From assembly GCA_020345725.1 (NCBI GenBank), contig CP070767.1:1782276-1829779 (forward strand): a DNA stretch of 47,504 bases, written 5' to 3'. Source of the stretch: Methanobacteriota archaeon. GTDB lineage: Archaea > Thermoplasmatota > Thermoplasmata > RBG-16-68-12 > SOIM01. The notes beneath the pieces were generated by a model. It was not told where the DNA came from, did no database searches, and saw only the letters and a list, made by a program, of their open reading frames with translations. The translations under genes were made by a program, and so were the position numbers. Below, piece by piece: positions 34,079 to 42,700 of the stretch (position 1 is its first letter; every line of letters starts with the position of its first letter).

Positions 34079-35131
34079 ATGGCGTTAGATTTCACTTCCA
34101 CCGAGAAGATAGTCCTCTACGGCCTTGTGAAACATCCTACGCTCAATGACAGGCAACTGTCTGAACTAATCGGTGTGAAACCATCCACTACGACTGCCAT
34201 AAGGACACGTCTGAGGCAAAAAGATGTATTCCGCACAAAGCGGATACCAATCGCTCACAAGTTGGGATATGAACTGCTTGTGACCGTCTTTGGAAGTATG
34301 GAGCCTGGAGTGAAGGAGTCCGATAGGAAGAAGTTCTCGAAATGGATACGAGGAATCCCAGGTGTGTTCCTCTCCCTTGAATCATCGAACAGCATGTTCT
34401 TCACTGGCTACTTCAAGAACTTCAGCGAGTACAGGAGTGTTGCTGATGAAGCCTGGGAGAAGTTTGGCGAATCAACTCTATTCCAAACAGATAAGTGGTA
34501 TTGGCCCATGTTCAGCTTCGCAAGAAGCAAACTTGTGAACTTTTTTGACTACTCTTCGCCGCTGAGGTTCGCATTCAAGATAAAGGAGAAAGCAAAGGTT
34601 GAGCGAGAACGTGAGACGCTTTCCAAGGAAAGACTGACCAGAAAAGAGAGAACGGTTCTGCAGGGTCTGATCAACTATCCCGAGATATCTGACAAAGCCG
34701 TTGCCGAGAAGATAGGTGCATCCAGACAGGCCGTTGCGAGTATGAGAAAGAGATTCGAGGAAAAGGGAATCCTCCGTACAATCCGGATTGTGGACATGGA
34801 GAAGGTGGGCTATCAGATATTGGCTGTTGGAAGCATTCATTTTCAACCGAAAGCATCCCTAAATTCCAGGTGGATTGGAGTAGAGAGAACGGTGGAGACC
34901 GTTCCCATGATCCTGAATGTGGCAAGTAGTCCCGAGACAGTTGTGATGAGCTACATGAAGGACTATGAGGAATACCACGCGACCAAGAAGGAAGCATTGG
35001 AGTTCTATGCGAAGAGCGACTTCTACAGGGAGGAGCCTACCAGTTTGATATTCCCACTCTCAGATACTAAGATTACGAAAGATTTCGACTTCTCTAGATT
35101 CATGGAGAGATTCGTTCAAGAAGAAGACTAG
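34079..35131 (+). CDS. double winged-HTH (Lrp/AsnC-like) transcriptional regulator, paralog 2
   Basis: Also exactly 350 aa and collinear with 32890..33942 along the whole length, with long identical runs (VLYGLVKHPTLNDR, IGVKPSTTTAIR, GYFKNFSEYR, IGASRQAV, MRKRFE, FPLSDT, KDFDF). Confidence 0.65.
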   Translation: MALDFTSTEKIVLYGLVKHPTLNDRQLSELIGVKPSTTTAIRTRLRQKDVFRTKRIPIAHKLGYELLVTVFGSMEPGVKESDRKKFSKWIRGIPGVFLSLESSNSMFFTGYFKNFSEYRSVADEAWEKFGESTLFQTDKWYWPMFSFARSKLVNFFDYSSPLRFAFKIKEKAKVERERETLSKERLTRKERTVLQGLINYPEISDKAVAEKIGASRQAVASMRKRFEEKGILRTIRIVDMEKVGYQILAVGSIHFQPKASLNSRWIGVERTVETVPMILNVASSPETVVMSYMKDYEEYHATKKEALEFYAKSDFYREEPTSLIFPLSDTKITKDFDFSRFMERFVQEED

Positions 35132-38100
35132 GATAGCGTGTCGATGACAGAATCCACCTCTCTCTCCAGGAGTTTCAGTTGATTGGAGTCCAGGGTCGCG
35201 GGATTCACGTTCACTATCATCGTGGATTTGTTCATAGCAACCAAATCTCTGACGGACTGTAAAAGCCGAAGAACGATTATGAAGTTGTTGTTTGTGATCA
35301 GGTACTCCAGACCATCAAGTAGAACTACTCCACCAGTATCCGTCACGAATTTCTCCAGAGAGAGGCTGAGCTTCTCAAGATCCTTAGGTCTTACTGACTC
35401 CTCCTTCCCGATGTTGGATAACCATAGCAGGGTGGAATCGCCCATATCATGCATCTCAGTGACCTTATCTGGATATGTCCTTGTCACGCAAAGGCCTGGT
35501 CTGCCAGATTTCACCGTCGTGAGGAACATGTCGAATGCCCTCTCCGCCCTTTCTTCCTTGACCAAGTAGATGTGGGACGTTTCAAGTGCAACCTTCCCGA
35601 TCTCCTCCTCGAACGGTGGGACCTCAATCGCTTCCTCTGCTCCTACTTCGGCTTCGGAAATGGGTTCCTCTTCAGGGGCCTCCGCTTCTTCCTCGGTGAT
35701 GAAGACTGTACCGCACTGAGTACAATGAGTCGCATCTGCATTAGCTGGAGCATTGCAGAGGGGACAGACGAGTTCTTCCAGCCACTCCTCAAAGTAGACA
35801 GATATCTTCCGTGCCAGAGGAACGGTTATGCCCTCAATCTTAAGAAGCTCCTCTTCGGATGTGTTCGCCAGTGTATCCAGATCATAACCCAAGTTATTGA
35901 GCATCCTGGCTTTCTCCAGACCCAACCCGGGGATCTGCATTATCTCTTTCACCGCTTCCGAAATCTCTTCCTCTTCCTCCTTCTCAACCAGAGCAGAACC
36001 GCAACTATCGCATTCCTCAGCATCCAATGGAACCTGTGCTCCGCAACTGGGACACGCCTGCATCTCAGGCAGTAGAGAAGCACCGCAGCGATGACATTCT
36101 GTCGTTCCCATCTCGAGCTCTATCTCGCACACCGGGCACGTCATCTTCTCCTCGGCCCTCAGCTCTTCGGGCTGATCGAAGAATCTCCTAATCTTCCTGG
36201 CCTCGATCTCGTCAATCCCTTCAACTTGAACAAGCTCATCTATTGCCGCTTGCTGCAGTGAAAGTGGGCTGGCGTAACCAGCGTCAAAGAGAGACATTGC
36301 CTCCTTCTCATCTATTCCCGGAATGTTGGTGAATGCATCAATGGTCTGTTTCATGTAGAGCGGAGTGATAGCCAATCCTATGACCTCGCCTTCCACATTC
36401 CATTCCACTATGTACTCCTCAGTGAGCTCTTCCGGCACAAACTCAAAGCTCCTTGACCGAGTCTCAGTGGAAATGTAGTCCTCCCATTCCTCTAGCATCT
36501 TGGTGAGCTCCACCTTGACTTTGACCTGGGTTCTTATGAAATCCTCCACGTCCAGATCTATCTCCTTCCTCATCTGCTGGATTCTTCGCACGATTTCTCT
36601 CGAGAACCCCTCTGCCTTGATTTCTGGGGTTATTTCCATATCGATGTACAGGTCTCCTTGTTCAAAACCGATGCTAACCACATGCTCTGGGAGCCTTTCC
36701 GAGAATTCGACCATATCAGGTTCGATACGTATGACCTGGCCCTCTATGCCTATCTTGTAGACCCCTTTGTCGATGGCCTCTTTGACCTCATCGACGGGGC
36801 GACTTTCCAGCATAGTGGCAATCTTGCTCCACCACTGCTTGTAGACCCGTCCAATTGCTTCCACCTTCGGGCGGACGTTGAGGACCATACCATCCCAAGC
36901 CTCTCCAGGCCAAAGAACCTCGATCTCCTTGCTGTTCGTCTGGTCCATCAGGATTTCTTTCAGAGCCTCGACCGTCTTGGCCGTCTCTTCATCGTTAGCC
37001 TTCAAGACAATCTTCTTCACTGGCCATCGGAGCTTCATTCCCACCTTCTGCCTGGCCTTGGACACGAGCTCCACCAGTTCCTGGACGAGCGTCATTCTTT
37101 GTTCCAGTCTCTTATCTATCAATGACTCATCATAGGACGGCCAATCACACATGTGGACGGATAGCAATTCCGCGTCAAGGGATTGGTACATGGACTCCGA
37201 GATGTGGGGGGTCAGTGGAGCCAACACCTTTGCGATTGTGAGAAGCGATTCGTGCAGTGCCTTGTATGCACCGAACTTCTCTCTGGCATCGCCTTCAATC
37301 CAAGTTCTGTTGCGTATAAGCTTGATGTACCATCTGGATAGATCGTTAAGAATGAATTCTTCTACCGTTCTGCAGGCCTTGTGGATATTGAAGTCTTCAA
37401 TCTCGTTCTCGACCTTTGCCTTCAGTCCCTCTGTCTTCGAGAGCAGCCAATGATCTTCGGGTCTCATGCTTCCCGATAGTGAATCGATGGTCCAACTCGT
37501 GGGGTCGAACCCGTCCATTGCCATGTAGAGGGATCCGAACCTGTGAACATTCCAAAGGATGTTGAGTGTGCGGTTGGATGTACGGACATCCTCTTTGTTG
37601 AAATTCAGGTCTTCCCAGGGTGGATTGGTCTTCAGAAGGTAGAATCGCAGGGAATCCGCCCCGAACTCTTGAATGACATCGAAGGGGTCCACCACATTGC
37701 CGAGACTTTTTGACATGGGCTGACCCTTCAAATCTAGGATCCATCCGTGCATCAGAACGGCCTTGTAGGGAGACTCATCAAATGCAATCGTACCTGCAAC
37801 CAGAAGCGAATAGAACCAGCCTCGTGTCTGATCATGAGCCTCGGTAATCCACCTGCAAGGCCACCATTCCTTGTACTCCTTCTTCTTGGAAGGGTATTCA
37901 AGCTGGGCCCACATGCACACGCCTGAATCGAACCATACGTCCAGAACGTCGGGTGTTCTTCTCATCTCCGCACCGCATTCCTGGCAGTTGAAGGTGACAC
38001 TATCAATCCAGGGGCGGTGAAGGTCCATGTCATCGGTGTAGTTGTTCCCTTTGGAAAGGTCCTTGACCGAACCCACAATCAGTCTCTCCCCGCATTCACA

Positions 38101-39516
38101 ATCCCAGACCGGGACAGGTATGCCCCAATACCGCTGGCGTGAGATGCACCAGTCCCTGGCATTCTCTACCCAGTTCTTCTGCCTCGAGCTTCCTGCCCAA
38201 TCGGGGGTCCACTTGACCTTTTCCACTTCCTCAAGCATTATGTCCCGCACTTCAGTTGCTCTTATGAACCACTGGATTGAGGCCCGGTAGATAATTGGAG
38301 ATTTGCATCTCCAGCAGTGACCGTATCTGTGAGAGATCTTGCCATCATGAAAGAGCCACCTCTCCTTTCTAAGGTCGTCCATGATGAGACTGTTCGCTTC
38401 CCGGACGTGCTTGCCGAAATACTCTCCAGCATCTTCCGTGAAGTATCCACCTTCGTCCACGGGACAGAAGGGGGGAATCCCGTGTTCCTCGCCGACTTCG
38501 AAATCTTCCGGACCGTGTCCCGGCGCGATATGTACTACTCCTGTGTTCTCCTCGGTCACTATGTCCGAAGCAATGACTTTGTGAATCCACTCCCCCGTGA
38601 GCTGATTGTGATATGGGACCTTGGATGTCAGTGGATGGAAGTACTCCCAACCCACCAAGTCCGTTCCTTTCTTAATGTCAATTATCCTGAAATCCGTAGC
38701 ACCCACAAGAGAGGCCACCTCTTCCGCCCTATCCTTCATGAGCCAGAGGATCTCGTTCCTGTCCTCTATTGTCATCTCCACCTTAGCATACTCGAAATCC
38801 GGATGCACGGCAACAGCCATGTTCGCCGGCAAAGTCCAGGGCGTGGTTGTCCATATCAGAATGGCCTCTCCACCCCGTCCCTTCAGGAGGAACCTGACAA
38901 AGATGGAGTAGTCCTCCACATCTTCATATTCGATCTCGGCCTCAGCCAAGGCGGTCTCGCATCTGGCACACCAGGTAAGAACTCTAGTGTACTGTGTCAG
39001 AAGGTTCTTCTCATGGGCCTTCTTCAAGGTCCACCATGCCGCCTCGATGTAGCTGTTCCTTATCGTCAGGTAAGGATTGTCCCAGTCCATCCACACGCCA
39101 AGTGATGCGAACTGAGAGGTCATCCTGCCCTGGAGCTCGGAGGCAAATTCCCTGCAACTATTCACAAAGGACTCTATTCCGACCAGTTCCTCTATCTGCT
39201 TCTTATTGACAATGCTCAGCTTCTTCTCCACCTTGACCTCAATTGGGAGGCCGTGCATGTCAAAACCTGGCTGATCTCTCACGTTGAGACCTTGCATCCT
39301 CCTGTACCGGACTATCACATCCTTCAGGATTTTGTTGTAGGCAGTTCCCATGTGGATGGAGCCAGTTGTGTATGGTGGTCCGTCCACGAAGTAGTACTCC
39401 TTCCCTCTCTCTCTGTGAGATTTCGTCTTCTCATAGGCCCTTGAGAGCTTCCAAAAGTTTTGCACCTTTTTCTCCAATTCAACTGGAGAATACTCTTTCT
39501 CGGCTTGCTTTATCAT
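35128..39516 (-). CDS. ileS: isoleucyl-tRNA synthetase fused to a C-terminal HhH / zinc-ribbon / DUF835-like extension
   Basis: Start at ATG 39516 (GGGGGAGGATTGCG upstream). The track ORF runs on to 39744 across a tRNA gene, so that part is spurious. HIGH-type PPYTTGSIHMGTAYNK, KMSKS-type GQPMSKSLGN, the CP1 editing region, and the archaeal-type C-terminal domain. Then ~410 extra residues follow with no stop. Confidence 0.92.
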   Translation of the reverse strand: MIKQAEKEYSPVELEKKVQNFWKLSRAYEKTKSHRERGKEYYFVDGPPYTTGSIHMGTAYNKILKDVIVRYRRMQGLNVRDQPGFDMHGLPIEVKVEKKLSIVNKKQIEELVGIESFVNSCREFASELQGRMTSQFASLGVWMDWDNPYLTIRNSYIEAAWWTLKKAHEKNLLTQYTRVLTWCARCETALAEAEIEYEDVEDYSIFVRFLLKGRGGEAILIWTTTPWTLPANMAVAVHPDFEYAKVEMTIEDRNEILWLMKDRAEEVASLVGATDFRIIDIKKGTDLVGWEYFHPLTSKVPYHNQLTGEWIHKVIASDIVTEENTGVVHIAPGHGPEDFEVGEEHGIPPFCPVDEGGYFTEDAGEYFGKHVREANSLIMDDLRKERWLFHDGKISHRYGHCWRCKSPIIYRASIQWFIRATEVRDIMLEEVEKVKWTPDWAGSSRQKNWVENARDWCISRQRYWGIPVPVWDCECGERLIVGSVKDLSKGNNYTDDMDLHRPWIDSVTFNCQECGAEMRRTPDVLDVWFDSGVCMWAQLEYPSKKKEYKEWWPCRWITEAHDQTRGWFYSLLVAGTIAFDESPYKAVLMHGWILDLKGQPMSKSLGNVVDPFDVIQEFGADSLRFYLLKTNPPWEDLNFNKEDVRTSNRTLNILWNVHRFGSLYMAMDGFDPTSWTIDSLSGSMRPEDHWLLSKTEGLKAKVENEIEDFNIHKACRTVEEFILNDLSRWYIKLIRNRTWIEGDAREKFGAYKALHESLLTIAKVLAPLTPHISESMYQSLDAELLSVHMCDWPSYDESLIDKRLEQRMTLVQELVELVSKARQKVGMKLRWPVKKIVLKANDEETAKTVEALKEILMDQTNSKEIEVLWPGEAWDGMVLNVRPKVEAIGRVYKQWWSKIATMLESRPVDEVKEAIDKGVYKIGIEGQVIRIEPDMVEFSERLPEHVVSIGFEQGDLYIDMEITPEIKAEGFSREIVRRIQQMRKEIDLDVEDFIRTQVKVKVELTKMLEEWEDYISTETRSRSFEFVPEELTEEYIVEWNVEGEVIGLAITPLYMKQTIDAFTNIPGIDEKEAMSLFDAGYASPLSLQQAAIDELVQVEGIDEIEARKIRRFFDQPEELRAEEKMTCPVCEIELEMGTTECHRCGASLLPEMQACPSCGAQVPLDAEECDSCGSALVEKEEEEEISEAVKEIMQIPGLGLEKARMLNNLGYDLDTLANTSEEELLKIEGITVPLARKISVYFEEWLEELVCPLCNAPANADATHCTQCGTVFITEEEAEAPEEEPISEAEVGAEEAIEVPPFEEEIGKVALETSHIYLVKEERAERAFDMFLTTVKSGRPGLCVTRTYPDKVTEMHDMGDSTLLWLSNIGKEESVRPKDLEKLSLSLEKFVTDTGGVVLLDGLEYLITNNNFIIVLRLLQSVRDLVAMNKSTMIVNVNPATLDSNQLKLLEREVDSVIDTLS

Positions 39517-39607
39517 CGCAATCCTCCCCCTGGAGGTAAACCGGTGAGCCGCGAATTTGTCATCATCGCAACCCAGAGGTAGGACAGCGGTATGCTCAAT
39601 TTGACTT

Positions 39608-39612
39608 AAAAA
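39608..39612 (-). terminator. oligo-T tract downstream of tRNA-His
   Basis: The minus strand reads GGAAAGATTTTTAAG about 19 nt after the tRNA 3' end. Archaeal terminators are typically oligo-T runs. Confidence 0.3.
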
Positions 39613-39630
39613 TCTTTCCGACGATAGGAG

Positions 39631-39735
39631 GGCCGGGACCGAGAATTCCAACGTCATGGTGCGCCCAAGACGATTTTGAACTCGGGTCAAGGGATCCACA
39701 GTCCCTGAGGATAACCCAGCTACCCCACCCCGGCC
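39631..39735 (-). tRNA. tRNA-His (anticodon GTG) with a ~30-nt intron in the T-loop
   Basis: Hand fold of the minus strand.
- Acceptor: G-1 (39735), then GCCGGGG paired with TCCCGGC (39638-39632), and discriminator C73 (39631) opposite G-1.
- D-arm: U8, D-stem GGG/CCT, and a D-loop with A14, G18 G19 and A21.
- Anticodon arm: AGGGA-CTGTGGA-TCCCT, anticodon at 39699-39697.
- Variable loop: TGAC.
- T-arm: T-stem CCGAG (39685-39681) / CTCGG (39643-39639), enclosing 37 nt. These begin TTCAA and contain a stable hairpin, CGTCTTGG-GCGCA-CCATGACG.
The 105-nt gene equals a 75-nt tRNA plus 30 nt. Confidence 0.8.
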
Positions 39736-39757
39736 GCGGGACAAATAACCCCTTCAT

Positions 39758-39765
39758 GGATAAAG
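39758..39765 (-). promoter_or_regulatory. TATA-like box for tRNA-His
   Basis: The minus strand reads CTTTATCC, centred about 26 nt upstream of G-1. Confidence 0.35.
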
Positions 39766-39793
39766 AGTTTTTCTCAGAATGAAAGAGAGGAAT

Positions 39794-42700
39794 CTATGAT
39801 TCTGCTTCAGCCAATTCCTTGAGGTAGATCACAATCTCTTCATCACCAAGCTGCAACGCAAGTGAGAAAGCGTCCTCGTCTCCCTCCCAGTCCACAGGAC
39901 GGTACTTGAAAGAAGTGCATCGGACTTCTGTGATTATGTCGTCCATCCAGTCCTCTAGAAGAGCCTTCAGCTCATCACTGATGCAAAGCCTGATCTCCAC
40001 GGGAGTCTCTTCCTCAAGACCTGCCTCTCGCTTGGTATTTGCAATCTCCTTAATGATCTCGCCTGCAACTCCCTCGGCCCATAGTTCCTCGGTCTGCCTC
40101 TTGTCCACCCAGACCTTCCCCTTATCAAACTCGTACTCGGCCACACGCTCAGGAACGGATATCTCATAGGACACCATTGTGGAATCGAGGATGACCTGTT
40201 GACCCTCTATCCCAACTGCATAGCTACCTTTGTCAAGTCCAGATTTTATCTTCCACGGGGATTGGGAATTGAGCAGCATCTCGATCTTCCTGCTCCACTG
40301 AGGATACTTCTCCTTGATCTTGTCGCTATTGACGGTTATCTCCAGGTCCAGTCCATCCCAATCTTCACCTGGCCCTAGAACTACCAGTTCCTTGGTCCTC
40401 AAGTGGTCCTGTAGCACTCTCTTGAAGTCGGAAATCATTGTGGCGGAGCTGTCGTCTACCGATTTTATCGCCACCAGCAAGAGGGGCATCTTCTTGTCTA
40501 GATCGATGTCCTTTCGTGCCTGAGATACGCACTGAACGATATCACTCAAGGTTGCTATGTGTCCTCTGAATTCTGGACTGTCGGCCAGATCACCCAGGTC
40601 CTCTATGAACTCTGGAGATAGCTGGACATCTGGAGAGACAACACCCACACCCAAGTCTCTTGGTGGGACACCATCGCCCATATCAGATATGAATTCCCAT
40701 GCAGTGTCCATATCTTCGGTTTCCACGACTTTCCTGGCTTCTTCGATAATCTGGTGCGCACCCTCCGCACCGAATGTGGCGGTAACGAGTGACGACTGCA
40801 GGGATTCAGTGATTGCTTCCTTCTTATCCGTCACAAATATGAGTTCCTTGACAAATTCGTCAATTCCCGACAGTTCGCTCATCAATCCGCTCCAGCTTTC
40901 CAGAATCTGTCCGAACTGATCTTCAATTCTGGCAATGACTTCCAGAACATGTAGGGGCAGTAACATCGGTTCCTGACCAACAACTACTGCTGCGACACTC
41001 ACATACTTCCCCCTTTCCAAGAGTATCTTGCTCTCACCGAAATCCAACCTCTTTAGGCCCACCTTCTCTTTACTTCGGAAGGAGTCCTGCACGAAATCCT
41101 GTACGACGGAGAGCATGCCACTGAAGACATCCTCATCAATCTCCTCACGATACTTCCTGGTCTCGTGGATTATCAATCTTCCATCCCTGTGAATAAGGAA
41201 AACGTCCTCAACGAGGTATGTCCCTTGGGATTCCACTGAGACATTCTTCAGGTCGTCCAGGCGATATTCCTTTTCATCGAAATACCTTTGATAGGAGATC
41301 TTCACATCAATGGGGATGTCCCCTTCCCTGGCAGGTTTCAAGCCGACCTCCACTTCCTTCTTCTCTTTGGCGTCTATGTGAGGTATCTCTTCCAGGCCTT
41401 TCACTTCGAACTCGCCTGAAAGGTCTATGTTTAGGTTCCTTGCAGCAATATTGCCTTCATTTGCTACCTCGAATGTGTATTTGTTCCACGCATCCGTCTG
41501 GAGACCTTTTCTCGGCAACTGCAACTTGATGTCCGGAACCTTGCCCTTGAGATAATCTCCAATCTTCTTGGTAGCTGAACTCTCTGCCCTCTCAATGATG
41601 GTCCTGAGATTCTCAACATCCTCCGGAGCCAACTGTTGGGCATCCCCGAGTATCTTCTCTGCATCGGTAACCTCTATCCCAATCGATCTTGCTCTTTCGA
41701 CCATGTCGCGAACCGAATCCAAGTATCCATCCACCTCAGTTGCAGATAGGAGGTTGCGAGCTTCCACAAGGAGCTTACCAATCTCTTCAAGCGAATCCTG
41801 TGCTGCTTTGTCATCTCCCTTGTCCAAAGCCTCTTCCGCCTGACTGATCTTCTGCTCAACCTCGGCCACATCGATGCCCAAATCCTTCGCCCTTTTAGTC
41901 ATCTGGTCGAACTCGCTCAGCTTTGTCTTGAGGACTTCCGAGGTCAGACTCTCCTCAGTCTTCTTCATCGACTCCCGGAACAACTCCAGATACTTTTCGG
42001 CAGATTCAAAGTCGTCAACCAATCTGGCATCTCTGGCCTTCATCATCAGTTCCCCAGCTTCGCCAGTATCGAAGCCTTGGTTCTGGAGTCTTGTCATGAG
42101 TTCCTTTGCCTTGTCCAGTTGGGTCGCAATTTCGAGTTCTAGTTTCTTGGACTTGGCATCTCCCACGACCCTGTCTATCTTCCTTACTATCGAGTTCACT
42201 TCCCTGGCATCGAACTCTTCGGCTGCTTTGTCTGCATCATCCAACATCAGCTCGGCCTCGTCGATCTCCAAGCCTTCTTTGATGGCTTCCTTGATGGAAT
42301 TCTGAGCCTGCACCAGGGCGTTCTCCAACTGTCCCCGTATTCTGGCCTTTGATTTGGACGCGCTATCTGCAGCATCTTCCACGAACTTCCAAGCAGACGC
42401 ATAATCTTCCTCTTCCAGCAGTTTCTTGGCCTTGTGTAACAGGTCCTGGGCCTGAGAGACATCCGCACCTGCTGCCTGAGCCTCCCTCAGCATTTGGAGC
42501 GTGGACGTTATGACGCTCTCTTCCAGTTCTCCGATGTCCGCCTCTTCATCATCGCTCACGAATATAATCTTCTTGACGATTTCCTCGACACCTTCCATCT
42601 CGCCCAACAGCCCGCTCCAGTTATCCAGCACATCAGCGTACTTCTCTTCGATCTCTTTGACAATCTCGGCCATATAAAGGGGAAGTAGGGAGGGTTCATC

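Noticed and set aside
39513-39566. 17-codon uORF (MMTNSRLTGLPPGGGLR) whose TGA overlaps the ileS ATG, plus a C-box-like ATGATGA
   Set aside because: It has no Ile codons, so it is not an Ile-sensing leader. There is no D box (CUGA) at the appropriate distance for a C/D sRNA. The ATGATGA is better explained as part of a short TTGCGATGAT direct repeat near the start codon.
39517-39744. N-terminal 76-codon extension of the ileS ORF in the track (MSRGRGGVAG...)
   Set aside because: It runs straight across the tRNA-His gene and its oligo-T tract. The ATG at 39516 has a strong GGGGGAGG RBS and starts the conserved IleRS N-terminus (MIKQAEKEYSPVELEKKV...).
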